A stretch of DNA of 64,000 bases, from positions 1,632,001-1,696,000 of the forward strand of contig CBDFKD010000002.1 in the NCBI GenBank assembly GCA_965248695.1. Reading direction: 5' to 3'. This document shows positions 22,386 to 32,901 of this stretch, one piece after another (positions within the stretch are counted from its first letter, which is position 1; each line of letters begins with the position of its first letter). The DNA is from Acidobacteriota bacterium. GTDB lineage: Bacteria > Acidobacteriota > UBA890 > WLXD01. The notes beneath the pieces were generated by a model, which did not search any database, was not told where the DNA came from, and saw nothing but the letters and a program-made list of their open reading frames with translations. The position numbers and the translations under genes are program-made.

Positions 22386-23381
22386 TCAGTGGGAATCCGG
22401 TTCACCGGTCAGTCGGGCGATGAGCTGGCGCGACGCCCGGCGTGGGGTGACCTCGCCATCGAGCAGCAACTGCTCGATGCTGGCGGCCGCGCCAGAGGAT
22501 TCCGCCTGGGACCGGAAGTCGCGTATCAGAGCCTCCTCGATGAGGCCCCACATCCAGTGGATCCGCTGCCCGCGCCGACGCTCCTCGAGCTCGCCGCTGC
22601 CCACGAGCGTGGCGCGATGCTCCTCGACCAGAGCCCAGATCTCGGGCATCCCGGCGCCGGTGGCAGCGCTGGTCATGACGGCGCGTCGGCGCCAGTCGGT
22701 GGCCTCGGCGCGTGGATAGCGGAGCGCGGCGCTGTATTCGGCCACCGCCTCGCGCGCCTCGCTGAGGTTGTCACCGTCGGCCTTGTTAACCGCCACGATG
22801 TCGGCCAGCTCGAGGATCCCCTTCTTGATCCCCTGGAGCTCGGTGCCTGCTCCGGGAAGCATGAGAACGACGAAACAGTCGACCATGTCGGCGACCGCCG
22901 TTTCGGATTGGCCGACGCCGACCGTCTCCACCATGACCACGTCGAAGCCGGCGGCATCGCACAGCAGCATTGCCTCACGTGTCCGCGATGCCACGCCGCC
23001 GAGGGTCTGCGCCGACGGCGTCGGTCGTACGTAGGCGTCGTCGAGCTTCGACAGGCGGGCCATCTGGGTCTTGTCGCCCATGATGCTGCCTCCGGAGATC
23101 GTCGACGAAGGGTCGATCGCCAGCACCGCGACGCGGTGGTCGCGCTCGATCAGCCAACAGCCGAGGGCATCGATCAGCGTGCTCTTGCCGACCCCCGGCA
23201 CGCCGCTGATGCCGACGCGCCAGGCAGCACCGGTGTCGGGCGCCAGCTCCTCGAGAAGCGCCTCGGCCAGCTGTTGATCATCAGCACGGGCGCTCTCGAT
23301 CAGGGTGATACCGCGCGCCAGTGACGTTTGGTCGCCGGCGCGAATCTTCGCCGCCAACTCCGTGGCCGGCACGCGCGACAC
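22386..23381 (-). CDS. meaB: Methylmalonyl-CoA mutase-associated GTPase
   Basis: LARGITLIES, GISGVPGVGKST, DPSSTISGGSIMGDKTQM, ETVGVGQSE, LQGIKKGILELAD..VNKADG. Confidence 0.95.
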   Translation of the reverse strand: MSRVPATELAAKIRAGDQTSLARGITLIESARADDQQLAEALLEELAPDTGAAWRVGISGVPGVGKSTLIDALGCWLIERDHRVAVLAIDPSSTISGGSIMGDKTQMARLSKLDDAYVRPTPSAQTLGGVASRTREAMLLCDAAGFDVVMVETVGVGQSETAVADMVDCFVVLMLPGAGTELQGIKKGILELADIVAVNKADGDNLSEAREAVAEYSAALRYPRAEATDWRRRAVMTSAATGAGMPEIWALVEEHRATLVGSGELEERRRGQRIHWMWGLIEEALIRDFRSQAESSGAAASIEQLLLDGEVTPRRASRQLIARLTGEPDSH

Positions 23382-25451
23382 TCAGTCAGACTCGGCGCCG
23401 CCGTCGGCGGCAGCCTGAAGTCGGTCAAGCAACTGCATGGCGGCCTCGGTGACGGCGGTGCCGGGACCGAAGATGGCCACCGCCCCGGCCTCCATGACGG
23501 CGGTATGGTCCTGCGGCGGCACGACACCGCCGACAACCACCAGAATGTCGGGCCGGCCGAGGTCCGCCAGCTCGCTGCGTAGCTCCGGCACCAGCGTCAG
23601 GTGACCGGCCGCCAGTGAGCTCACGCCGACGACATGGACGTCGTTCTCGGCCGCCTGGCGCGCCACTTCATCCGGCGTCTGGAACAACGGGCCGATATCG
23701 ATGTCGAAGCCCAGGTCCGACAACGCCGTGGCGATCACCTTTTGACCACGGTCATGACCGTCCTGCCCGAGCTTGGCGACCAGCACTCGAGGTCTGCGAC
23801 CGTGGCGGCTGGAGAACTCCTCGGCACGCGCGCGCACTGCCAGTACGTCCTCGGAGGACTCGCCCATGGCGCCACTGTATACGCCAGAGAACGAGCGCAC
23901 GGTGGCCTGGTGGCGGGTGAATACCTTCTCCAGCGCCGCTGCCATCTCGCCGACAGTGGCCCGCGCCCGCGCCGCATCGATCGTAGCCGCCAGCAGGTTC
24001 CCGTTCTCCGTCTCTGCCACCCGCGTCAGCCTCTCGAGGGCTCCCGCGCACGCGTCGGAGTCGCGTTCGGCGCGTAGCGCATGGAGCCGCTCCAGCTGCG
24101 CTCGCACGACCTCCCGGTTGTCGATCGCTCGTACCTCGATGGCACTCTCCGCGTCGGTGGCGTGCGCGTTGACGCCGACGATCTTCTGCTGCCCGGAGTC
24201 GATGCGTGCCTGCGTACGGGCGGCAGATTCCTCGATGCGCAGCTTTGGCAGCCCCGCCTCGATTGCGCGCGTCATGCCGCCGAGCTCCTCGACCTCCTCG
24301 ATGTGCTGCATCGCCTGCGCGGCAAGCTCCTGAGTCAGGCTCTCCATGAAGTAGCTGCCGCCCCAGGGATCGACAACGTCGCAGATCCCGGTCTCCAGCT
24401 GCAGCACGAGCTGGGTGTTGCGCGCCACCCGGGCCGACAGGTCGGTGGGCAGTCCGAGCGCCTCGTCGAACGCGTTCGTGTGCAGCGACTGGGTACCACC
24501 ATGCACGGCCGCCATCGCTTCGATCGCCGTGCGCACGATGTTGTTGTAAGGATCCTGGGCGGTCAGCGACCAGCCCGAGGTCTGGCAGTGCGTGCGCAGG
24601 CGCGAAGAGCGTGGATCCTGAGGCTCGAACTGCTCCATGAGTCGATGCCACAACAGGCGCGCGGCGCGCAGCTTGGCAACCTCGGTGTGGTAGCTCATAC
24701 CGATGCCGAAGAAGAACGAGATGCGAGGGGCGAACGCGTCGACGTCGAGCCCGGCAGCGATCCCGGTGCGGACGTACTCGACCCCGTCGGCCAAGGTGTA
24801 GGCAAGCTCGATGTCGGCCGTCGCCCCGGCCTCCTGCATGTGATAGCCGGACACCGAGATGCTGTTGAAGCGCGGCATGTGCTCCGACGTGTGACGAAAG
24901 ATGTCGGCGACGATTCGCATCGACGCTGCCGGCGGGTAGATGTAGGTATTGCGGACCATGAACTCCTTGAGCACGTCGTTCTGGATCGTCCCGGTGAGCT
25001 GGTCCTGTGCGACACCCTGCTCTTCCCCGGCGACGATATAGAGCGCCAGCACCGGTAGGACGGCACCGTTCATCGTCATCGAGACGCTCATCTCGTCGAG
25101 CGGTATGCCCTCGAAGAGGATGCGCGCGTCGAGAATCGAATCGATCGCCACGCCGGCCATGCCAACGTCGCCAGCCACCCGCGGATGGTCGGAGTCGTAG
25201 CCGCGATGCGTCGCCAGGTCGAAGGCAATCGACAGGCCTTTCTGACCAGCGGCGAGATTGCGTCGGTAAAAAGCGTTCGATTCTTCCGCGGTCGAAAACC
25301 CGGCGTATTGGCGAATCGTCCACGGGCGCTCGCGATACATCGACGCGTAGGGTGCGCGCACATAAGGCGGCTCGCCGGCCGAGCTACCGAGATGCTCGAC
25401 GGCCTCGAGGTCGTCGGCCGTATAGATCGACTTCGACTCGCTCTTGGACAT
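23382..25451 (-). CDS. scpA: Methylmalonyl-CoA mutase (AdoCbl-dependent)
   Basis: [17 protein letters not shown] (Tyr specificity residue), [10 protein letters not shown] (Arg), B12 motif GQDGHDRG; ATG 25451 with GGAG RBS. Confidence 0.95.
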   Translation of the reverse strand: MSKSESKSIYTADDLEAVEHLGSSAGEPPYVRAPYASMYRERPWTIRQYAGFSTAEESNAFYRRNLAAGQKGLSIAFDLATHRGYDSDHPRVAGDVGMAGVAIDSILDARILFEGIPLDEMSVSMTMNGAVLPVLALYIVAGEEQGVAQDQLTGTIQNDVLKEFMVRNTYIYPPAASMRIVADIFRHTSEHMPRFNSISVSGYHMQEAGATADIELAYTLADGVEYVRTGIAAGLDVDAFAPRISFFFGIGMSYHTEVAKLRAARLLWHRLMEQFEPQDPRSSRLRTHCQTSGWSLTAQDPYNNIVRTAIEAMAAVHGGTQSLHTNAFDEALGLPTDLSARVARNTQLVLQLETGICDVVDPWGGSYFMESLTQELAAQAMQHIEEVEELGGMTRAIEAGLPKLRIEESAARTQARIDSGQQKIVGVNAHATDAESAIEVRAIDNREVVRAQLERLHALRAERDSDACAGALERLTRVAETENGNLLAATIDAARARATVGEMAAALEKVFTRHQATVRSFSGVYSGAMGESSEDVLAVRARAEEFSSRHGRRPRVLVAKLGQDGHDRGQKVIATALSDLGFDIDIGPLFQTPDEVARQAAENDVHVVGVSSLAAGHLTLVPELRSELADLGRPDILVVVGGVVPPQDHTAVMEAGAVAIFGPGTAVTEAAMQLLDRLQAAADGGAESD

Positions 25452-25756
25452 GGCGCTCCTGCCTCCAACAACCTGCCGCGTTGCCCACGATTCTGTCACT
25501 TTCGAGCCCATGACAGCGTCCGCGCGGGCGATCAGCTGCCGCCCCGTCGCGCCACGCGCGTGGATCCCGTTCGGGCACTGCAAGCCGACTGACATGACAA
25601 CCACGATGCTTGCGAGCACGCAGAGGTCGATCACCCACCGCTGACAGGCTCTCGGACTCCGCCGCTCGTGCCGAGTCGTCCAACGCGGCGTTCCGCTCGC
25701 GGAATCGCGAGTTCTCGCCATACCGACCAGCGGAAGCGTCGGATACTGTCTCAAGA

Positions 25757-26443
25757 ATGCAGCCTACCCGCACCGACCGGCCGAGCGACTCGCAGGAGCC
25801 AGGCCTCACGAAAGTCGACATCTGGCTGGTGGAGGACAACGACCTCTATCGCAGCACGATTGCCGCACTGATCGAGTCCGAGCCGGACCTCCGGTGTCCG
25901 ATTGCAGCGCCCAACTTCGAGGAAGCGCTCGCGGCACTCGAGCAAGGAAAGGTGCCCGACATCATCCTGATGGATATCGAGCTGCCTGGCATCAACGGCA
26001 TCGAAGGTGCGCGCCGGGTCAAGGCGATCTCCCCTACATCGCGCGTCATCATGCTGACCGTTCATGAGGAGCGCGAGAACATCTTCGAGGCGATCTGCGC
26101 CGGCGCTTCCGGCTATCTGTTGAAGCCCTCGCCCGCCGACGAGATCGTCGCGGCAATTCGACAAGTCGGCGCCGGAGCCGCCCCGATCAACGCCTACATC
26201 GCCAGCAAGATGCTCGACATCTTCGCGCAGCTTGCCCCGGCGCGCGGCGACTACGGATTGACGCCACGAGAGACTGAAGTACTGCAGCGGATGGTCGACG
26301 GTTTGACGATGCAGCGTATCGCCGACAAGCTGGTAGTCAGCTACCACACCGTCGATACGCACATCCGCAATATCTACGACAAGCTCCATGTGCACTCGCG
26401 CAGCGGGGCCGTCGCCAAGGCACTAAAGGAACGGCTCGTATAG
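25757..26443 (+). CDS. NarL/LuxR-family response regulator
   Basis: [64 protein letters not shown]. Confidence 0.95.
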   Translation: MQPTRTDRPSDSQEPGLTKVDIWLVEDNDLYRSTIAALIESEPDLRCPIAAPNFEEALAALEQGKVPDIILMDIELPGINGIEGARRVKAISPTSRVIMLTVHEERENIFEAICAGASGYLLKPSPADEIVAAIRQVGAGAAPINAYIASKMLDIFAQLAPARGDYGLTPRETEVLQRMVDGLTMQRIADKLVVSYHTVDTHIRNIYDKLHVHSRSGAVAKALKERLV

Positions 26444-26484
26444 GCCCGTGGGCAGAAAAACGGGCTTCTGATAGGCTGCCCGAA

Positions 26485-29400
26485 ATGCCAGCGTCAACAC
26501 TCGGTACGAGGTCCTTCGTCGCCGCCCCGATGGCCGCAATCTGCGGCATCTTGGCCTCGGCGCTGACCTCCGGAGGCGCGTTCGCTCAGGTCCGCTCGGC
26601 CGAGCCGCGTTTCGTGCGCGTCGACTCGGAAAGACTGTCGCACAGCACCGTCGTGTCGATCTTGCAGGATCGGACCGGCTATCTGTGGTTGGGCACAACG
26701 GACGGCCTTAACCGTTACGACGGCTACGAGTTCAAGGTGTTCCGCCATGACCCGGACGACTCGACAACGCTGACCCACAACGACGTCGTGGCGTTGATGG
26801 AGGATCGTCAAGGATCGATCTGGATCGGCACGGAGGACGGGCTGAACCGGCTCGAACCCGGGGCCAACGGCTTCGTACGTTACTGGCTGCGGCCGAGTGA
26901 TGCGCCGGAGCAAACACCGGTCACCGCGATCCGGCTGCTCGAGGACCGCCACGGCGACATCTGGGTGCTCAGTGAGCCACGCGGCCTGCTGCGCTACGAC
27001 CGTTCCATAGACAGCTTCCAGCCGGTGTTCGAGCACCCGTCGACGCTATTGACGCGAGGCTGGAAAGCCGCGCTCGTTGAGCGCGACGATGGACAGCTCG
27101 CAGTTCTCATCGCGCCCGATGCAAATAGGGCCGCGGCACTCTTCGTGTTCGACTCGAGCACCGGCACGTATGACGTGCAGCGACCGCCGCCCGATCGGCC
27201 ATCGGCACTGTATTCGAGTCTGCGTTCCCGCGCCGTCCACCCGGCGGCGGCGCTCATCGGCGACGGCGAGGCGCTGCTCGGCTCGGTGCTTCCCGGGAAC
27301 CTCGGGAGGGCGTCGGTAGTATTCCGCGACGCCGAGGACACGCTGTGGATCGGTACCGCCGGCGACGGACTGCTGCACTACGACGACGCCAGTGGCTCGG
27401 TGTCGCGGACACGCTTCGAGCCGTCATCCAACTATCTACGCAACTACGTGCGCGGGCTACACCGCGACCGCGACGGGGCGCTGTGGGTGGGCACGCACGA
27501 CGGGTTGTACCGCGCCGACCCGGCTGCCAAGGCGTTCTCGCGACTCGTCCACGATCCGTCGGATTCAAACAGCATCAGCGCGTCAGCGGTATCGGCGCTC
27601 GCGCTCACTGGGCCGGCCGAACAGGCCTCGGTATGGATCGGCACGTACGGCACCGGTCTCAACCGGCTAGACGTCGGCAGCGGGATGATCGAGCGCCTGT
27701 CGCGGCTGTCGCGGCTAGTCGCGCCCACCGACGGCGTCATCTGGGCGTTGCACGGCACGCCGGAGGGTCGGCTCTGGATCGTCACCGCGGACGGCTTGTT
27801 CCTCTACCGGCCTGCCGACGACACGCTCCAAGCGCATGGTCTACCGGACTTCCCTGACATCGAGTCCCCGGAGCTCAACAGCGTTGTCGTAGACGACAAC
27901 AACGTCGTCTGGGTAGCAGCCAGCGGAGGCTTGTACGGCTACCTGCCGAATCGTCGTGAGGCTCGGCCCTACTTGCCGGCCACCGATGGCTCTGGTCCCA
28001 GCGGCGCCGGCGTGCTGGAAGCGCTGCTGGCGGAGCCCGGTGCGCTGTGGATGGGCGTTGACGGCGATCGGTTGGATCGCTTCGATCTGGCAAGCGGTCG
28101 TTTCACCTCGCGCGCGTTGATGACCCGCTCCGGAGCATCGCTGAGCAGCAAGGGGGTCTGGGATCTGCACCGTGACCTCCGCGGCTGGCTGTGGCTCGCA
28201 ACCGGAGCAGGGCTCCTGCGCTACGACCCCGACAGTCAGGCGTTCGATCACTACTCGGTGGCCGACGGCCTACCGGGTGCGGTCGCCTACAGCATCGCCG
28301 ACGGCGTCGCTGGCGATCTTTGGGTCGGAACGAACCTCGGGCTGGCGCGTATCGAGATAGTGGATTCGATGCCAGGGCTCCGGCCGTCGGTCCGTGTGCA
28401 CGCCTATGGGGCCGCGGACGGGGTAGCGGGCAACGAGCTCAACCGAGGCTCGGCGTTGCGACTCGCGGACGGAACGCTGCTATTCGGCGGCATGGAGGGA
28501 ATCACCCGTTTCCATCCTGGAGCCATCGATAACAACCCCAACATTCCACCGCTGGTGCTGACCCGTATCGAGCGATCCAACCGCGAAGGCTCGTTCGAGA
28601 TCGAACCCCGCGGTTTGGCGGCGCTCGAGCTCAGCTATCGCGACGCCTCGTTTACTCTCGAGTTCGCGGCGCTCAACTTCACGCTGCCGGAGCGCAATCT
28701 CTACCGCTACCGGCTCGAGCCTTTCGACTCCAGCTGGGTCGAGAGCGGCACCCGCCGGTTCGCCCGCTACACCAACGTGCTGCCCGGCGACTACAACTTT
28801 CGCCTGCAGGGATCGAACAACGACGGAGTGTGGAACGAGGTCGGGCTATCGCTGCCGATTCGGGTAAGTCCGCCGTTTTGGCAGACGCTCTGGTTCCGGG
28901 CTCTCGCGTTGGCAGCGATCGTGTCTGTGATCTGGGGCGCGCACCGTTACCGGGTGGCGCAGCTGCTGGGCGTGGAGCGGCTGCGACTGCGCATCGCCTC
29001 CGATCTACACGACGACATTAGCAGCGATATCAGCGGCATCGCGCTCACAGCCGAGTTGCTGCAGCGCGGCGACCACTTACAGGACCAGGACCGCGTCCGG
29101 CTCGGGCAAATGCGCAGCACTGCTATTCGCATGGTGGACGCCGTCAGGGATATCGTTTGGTACATCAACCCCGAGCACGACACTTTGACGGCGACCGTCA
29201 GGCGCATGCGCGCCGTCGCCGAGACGCTGCTTGACGATACGGACTACGAGTTCCGGGCCAGCTGCGTTGACGAGGTCGGCATCGACATGGGTGTGCGGCG
29301 TCAGATTTTCCTCTTCTACAAAGAAGCGCTCCACAACGTCGTGCGCCACGCGAACGCCCATCGCGTCGACCTTCGCTTCGAACGGGAGGGAGACCGCCTG

Positions 29401-29571
29401 ACGCTTCAGATCCGTGACGACGGCGTCGGCTTCCAACCGGAAGGAGTCGCCCAAGGCCAAGGCCACGGGCTCGGCAGCCTCGGCGAACGCGCCGCCCAGA
29501 TGGGTGGTTTGGCGCGAATCGACTCCGCCCCCGGTGCCGGCACAACGGTCGTTCTCGAGGTGCCGATCTAG
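26485..29571 (+). CDS. Sensor histidine kinase with beta-propeller and Y_Y_Y periplasmic domains (HisKA_3)
   Basis: Repeated LWxGTxxGL propeller motifs, YTNVLPGDYNFRLQGSNNDGVW, PPFWQTLWF TM, IASDLHDD, KEALHNVVRH, DDGVGF. Confidence 0.93.
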   Translation: MPASTLGTRSFVAAPMAAICGILASALTSGGAFAQVRSAEPRFVRVDSERLSHSTVVSILQDRTGYLWLGTTDGLNRYDGYEFKVFRHDPDDSTTLTHNDVVALMEDRQGSIWIGTEDGLNRLEPGANGFVRYWLRPSDAPEQTPVTAIRLLEDRHGDIWVLSEPRGLLRYDRSIDSFQPVFEHPSTLLTRGWKAALVERDDGQLAVLIAPDANRAAALFVFDSSTGTYDVQRPPPDRPSALYSSLRSRAVHPAAALIGDGEALLGSVLPGNLGRASVVFRDAEDTLWIGTAGDGLLHYDDASGSVSRTRFEPSSNYLRNYVRGLHRDRDGALWVGTHDGLYRADPAAKAFSRLVHDPSDSNSISASAVSALALTGPAEQASVWIGTYGTGLNRLDVGSGMIERLSRLSRLVAPTDGVIWALHGTPEGRLWIVTADGLFLYRPADDTLQAHGLPDFPDIESPELNSVVVDDNNVVWVAASGGLYGYLPNRREARPYLPATDGSGPSGAGVLEALLAEPGALWMGVDGDRLDRFDLASGRFTSRALMTRSGASLSSKGVWDLHRDLRGWLWLATGAGLLRYDPDSQAFDHYSVADGLPGAVAYSIADGVAGDLWVGTNLGLARIEIVDSMPGLRPSVRVHAYGAADGVAGNELNRGSALRLADGTLLFGGMEGITRFHPGAIDNNPNIPPLVLTRIERSNREGSFEIEPRGLAALELSYRDASFTLEFAALNFTLPERNLYRYRLEPFDSSWVESGTRRFARYTNVLPGDYNFRLQGSNNDGVWNEVGLSLPIRVSPPFWQTLWFRALALAAIVSVIWGAHRYRVAQLLGVERLRLRIASDLHDDISSDISGIALTAELLQRGDHLQDQDRVRLGQMRSTAIRMVDAVRDIVWYINPEHDTLTATVRRMRAVAETLLDDTDYEFRASCVDEVGIDMGVRRQIFLFYKEALHNVVRHANAHRVDLRFEREGDRLTLQIRDDGVGFQPEGVAQGQGHGLGSLGERAAQMGGLARIDSAPGAGTTVVLEVPI

Positions 29572-29592
29572 CAGGCCGTGGTGGAAGTGTGG
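29568..29592. mobile_element. MITE family A terminal fragment overlapping the kinase stop codon
   Basis: ctagcaggccgtggtggaagtgtgg, 24/25 match to the left TIR at 9348. Confidence 0.75.
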
Positions 29593-29617
29593 GCTAGCGG
29601 CGGGAGATCAGCTCGAG

Positions 29618-31090
29618 TCAGGCATCTTGGGCAAAGAACAGCTCTGCTACGTCGTCTGGTGGGGGCGGCGTGAGCCGACTGACGGCAACCATGAGCGCAA
29701 GCGACGCCATCGGGCCGATCAGCGCCGGCCACAGCCCTCCGATCCAGTTGTTGAACGACCCGTGCACCGCGTAACCGGCGAGGTACCAGAGCACACAGAC
29801 GATCGAGCCACCGATCATGCCCGCCAGCGCCCCCTCGCGCGTGGCGCGTGGCCAACAGAGCCCGAGCAGCAACGGGAAGGTGAACGCCGATGCCATCAGA
29901 CTAAAGCCCATGGTAACGATCCAGAGAATCGCCGCCGGTGGATCGATCGCCATCAGCAAGGCGACGACGCCGAGGGCAAGGGTTGCGATGCGCGCCACCT
30001 TGAGCCCTTGCGCCGGATCGACTTCGCGCCGCGAGAGAGGAATGTAGACGTTCTCGACGACTAGCGATCCGGCCAGCAGCAACACCGAGTCGATGGTCGA
30101 CATGGTGGCGCCGAGCACCGCAGCGACGATGACCCCGCCGACGATCGGCGGCAGCAGGTTCGACACTAGCAGCGGCAGCGCCAGATCCGGCTGCTCCAGC
30201 GTCGGCAGCAGCACGCCCGAGGCGATGGCGATGAGCGTGGCGTTGACGTAGATGAAGCACGAGAACGTCACCGAATAGATCATCGCGCGTCGCAGGGCGC
30301 GCTTGTCCTCTAGAATCAGGAACCGCGTCACCGCGGCGGGGGCACCGCCGATCTGGAAGAAGCCCCACACCAGAAACGACGACACGACCCACAACGCCGG
30401 CATGGCACCCAGAAACGAGATCGCCTCCGGGTTGATCTCGCCGTACTGCCGATGCATCTCGGAGAATCCGCCCGAGGCGCTCACTGCCATCGGCGATAGG
30501 ATGGCGAAGCCGACGACCATGATCAAACCCTGGATCAAGTCAGTCCATGCCACCGCCTGCATGCCACCGACCACCGTGTAGAGAACCACGATGCCGCCGA
30601 AGATGAAGAGGCCGGCGAGATAGGGCATCCCGAGAAACACCTCGAAGACGTTGCCCGCCGCCTTCAGCTGGGCCGCGACAATCGGTACGAACGCCACCAG
30701 CATGATGCCCGTCGCCGTCAGTCCAACCGCTTTGCCGTAGTAGCGCGCCTCGAACACGTCGATGATCGTCGTGCACTTGATGCGGCTAGCGATGCGCTGC
30801 AGGCGATCACCGACCAACACGTAAGTGAACCATGGAGCGGCAGCCGAAGTCACCCCGGCGGGCGAAAAGTTGTAGCCCAGCAAGCGCTCCGACCCGATAC
30901 CTCCCATGTAAGAGCTGCCGCTCATCTGGGTGGCCGAGTACGAGAATCCGACGGTGCCGGGCCCGAGCTTGCCGCGTGCCAGAAAATAGTCGCCGCGCGA
31001 CTGCGTTCGACGATTCGACCAGATGCCGAGGCCCATCAAGCCGGCGAAGTACACGATCAGGATCAGTGTGTACTGGGCGGTGATGGTCAT
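29618..31090 (-). CDS. Sodium:solute symporter (SSS; PutP/PanF-like)
   Basis: DYFLARGKLG, SATQMSGSSYMG, YTVVGGMQAVAWTDLIQG, ATMSTIDSVLL; about 13 TM segments. Confidence 0.92.
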   Translation of the reverse strand: MTITAQYTLILIVYFAGLMGLGIWSNRRTQSRGDYFLARGKLGPGTVGFSYSATQMSGSSYMGGIGSERLLGYNFSPAGVTSAAAPWFTYVLVGDRLQRIASRIKCTTIIDVFEARYYGKAVGLTATGIMLVAFVPIVAAQLKAAGNVFEVFLGMPYLAGLFIFGGIVVLYTVVGGMQAVAWTDLIQGLIMVVGFAILSPMAVSASGGFSEMHRQYGEINPEAISFLGAMPALWVVSSFLVWGFFQIGGAPAAVTRFLILEDKRALRRAMIYSVTFSCFIYVNATLIAIASGVLLPTLEQPDLALPLLVSNLLPPIVGGVIVAAVLGATMSTIDSVLLLAGSLVVENVYIPLSRREVDPAQGLKVARIATLALGVVALLMAIDPPAAILWIVTMGFSLMASAFTFPLLLGLCWPRATREGALAGMIGGSIVCVLWYLAGYAVHGSFNNWIGGLWPALIGPMASLALMVAVSRLTPPPPDDVAELFFAQDA

Positions 31091-31142
31091 TAGCAGGCCG
31101 CAGTGGATGTGTGGTGGGTCTGGCTACGGCGAGTTGGGGCCA
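31091..31142. mobile_element. MITE family A fragment (right-end type) abutting the SSS start codon
   Basis: tagcaggccgcagtggatgtgtggtgggtctggctacggcgagttggggcca resembles the reverse complement of 9574-9625. Confidence 0.78.
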
Positions 31143-31145
31143 CTG

Positions 31146-31415
31146 TTAGCGACCGGTCTTGACGTAGTACATCGCCGCCGCGATCACGTACACGTAGCCG
31201 CCGTAGACCAGGATCCAAACTCCCCAGTCGAGATTGGCGGGACCGGCCGGCCAGTCGACCAGTAGCCCGAGACTGCCACCAACGAGAAAGAACGCCATCA
31301 GCGCGATCGAGACTCGCGGCAGTCGCGGAGCCTGCACGGTGGCCTGCCTCGCCGCGCCGAGCTCCGGCCCCCGGGGCTCCGCGATCGCGGGCTCGTCGCC
31401 GCCCGGCTGGTTCAC
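31146..31415 (-). CDS. Small two-TM membrane protein, probable SSS accessory subunit
   Basis: Two hydrophobic helices; lies directly upstream of an SSS gene and overlaps the dipeptidase stop (GTGA). Confidence 0.7.
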   Translation of the reverse strand: MNQPGGDEPAIAEPRGPELGAARQATVQAPRLPRVSIALMAFFLVGGSLGLLVDWPAGPANLDWGVWILVYGGYVYVIAAAMYYVKTGR

Positions 31416-32632
31416 TGCCAGGCCTCGTCGAGCACGCGCATGATGTTTCCGGCCATCACCTTGGCAATGTCCTCCTCGGAATAGTCGTGCTGCACCAGCC
31501 AGCGCAGGATGTTCTTGGAGCCCTCGGTCGGGTTCTCGATGCCGCGCACGTACTCCACCATCTCGTGGCCGGGGCCGGACTTCTTGCCGCCTCCCTCTTG
31601 GGAGGCGTCGATCGACAACAGTCCGGCGTACACCTTGTGCACGCCGACGTGATCGCCCCAGAGCGTATCGGGGCCGAAGGCGACGTGGTCGATGCCGACC
31701 AGGTGGGCGACATACTCGAAGTGCTCCATGAACGACTCGATGTCGTGCAGGGGGTGCTTCTCGGTGATCGTCGTGTGCGGCGCCGCCTCGATGCCGATCA
31801 CGCCGCCCTTGCCAGCGACCGCCTTGATGACATCGTCAGGCGCCAGCCGCTTGATGTTCCATAGTGCCCGCGCCCCGGTGTGGGTCAGGAAGATCGGCTT
31901 GCTGCTCGCCTCCGCCGTATCGAGCGTCGTCTGGTCCGATGCGTGGGCGCAGTCGATGGCCATGCCGACCTCGTTCATGCGTGCCACCGCCTTCTTGCCG
32001 AAAGAGGTAAGGCCGCCGTCCCGGATCTCCTTGAGGCCGGTGCCGAGCGCGTTGGACTCGCTGTAGCAGATGCCGAGCACGCGCAGGCCGAAGCCGTAGA
32101 GGATCTCGATGCGATCGAGCTCGTTCTCGATCATCGCCGCACCCTCCTGCGCCGGCACAAGCGCGATGCGCCCCTCGCGGTGCGCGCGGCGAATATCGTC
32201 GACCACCTCGCAGCGGATGATGAAGTCCTGATGAGCAAGATCACACAGGCGCATGCCCATGTCGTAGATGACGTCGTCCCACTTCCAGCCGCTCTTGGAG
32301 GTGATGATCGCGCTGCCGTCGAGGAAGTTGTCGAAGACGCAATCCCAGTACGAATCGCCCAGCGCCTCGTAAGCGGTGAACACGCGGGCCTCGCGGTCGT
32401 ACGCCATCATCTCGTCGAGCGCGGCCGGGAAGTAGTGCGGATGCTCGTGTAACGAGATCATCAGCAGGCGCTCGGCGAGATCCTCGACCCGGGCCACCTG
32501 CTCATCGGTCAACGGCAGCAGGTACGGCTCACCCTTGCAGTGGCCCTCGACGAGCTCGAACTCGCGAAAATCGCGCGTCGTCTTCAGGTAGTCGAACGAT
32601 CTGTAGCCGGTGAATTGCTTGTTGGTGCCCAT
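31412..32632 (-). CDS. Membrane (renal) dipeptidase family M19 amidohydrolase, cytoplasmic
   Basis: ISLHEH, AQEGA, DGGLTSFGKKAVARMNEVGMAIDCAH, PIFLTHTGA, EHFEYVAHLVGIDHVAFGPD. Confidence 0.9.
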   Translation of the reverse strand: MGTNKQFTGYRSFDYLKTTRDFREFELVEGHCKGEPYLLPLTDEQVARVEDLAERLLMISLHEHPHYFPAALDEMMAYDREARVFTAYEALGDSYWDCVFDNFLDGSAIITSKSGWKWDDVIYDMGMRLCDLAHQDFIIRCEVVDDIRRAHREGRIALVPAQEGAAMIENELDRIEILYGFGLRVLGICYSESNALGTGLKEIRDGGLTSFGKKAVARMNEVGMAIDCAHASDQTTLDTAEASSKPIFLTHTGARALWNIKRLAPDDVIKAVAGKGGVIGIEAAPHTTITEKHPLHDIESFMEHFEYVAHLVGIDHVAFGPDTLWGDHVGVHKVYAGLLSIDASQEGGGKKSGPGHEMVEYVRGIENPTEGSKNILRWLVQHDYSEEDIAKVMAGNIMRVLDEAWQ

Positions 32633-32691
32633 GCAGGCCTCTCGGTGTCGGTTCCACAGGTAGCCTCGCGGATCGCGGCGGACAACTTACA

Positions 32692-32901
32692 TCAGCCGCG
32701 ATCGCTGAGAGTGAAAGGCTCACCGCGGGGACCCCGTCGCGAGCGCAGCAGCTCCGGAGACAGACCCGTCATCTGATCCACGAGCAGCCCGATCTGTATT
32801 GGCGAGGGCTTCGAGCGAACCCGGGCCAGGCGAAGTGAGGCGACATCGGCGGCCCGAGTCGGCAGGTCTCGATCAAGGCTGGAAAGATCAGAGGCTGGCA
32901 T
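32692..32901 (-). CDS. Small hypothetical protein coupled to the nucleotidyltransferase (candidate TA partner)
   Basis: ATG overlaps the NTase stop by 14 nt; 69 aa, LDRDLPTRAADVASLR...RRGPRGEPFTL. Confidence 0.6.
   Translation of the reverse strand: MPASDLSSLDRDLPTRAADVASLRLARVRSKPSPIQIGLLVDQMTGLSPELLRSRRGPRGEPFTLSDRG

Noticed and set aside
23752-25323. Long alternative-frame and antisense ORFs (e.g. 23752-25323, 44026-45438, 60547-61914, 48842-50023, 62214-63419)
   Set aside because: They overlap well-supported genes, lack recognisable motifs, and are expected shadows of high-GC codon usage.
25452-25756. Cobalamin riboswitch upstream of the methylmalonyl-CoA mutase
   Set aside because: Only a short ctgtca/tgacag hairpin is visible; I could not find the B12-box or other conserved cobalamin riboswitch motifs.
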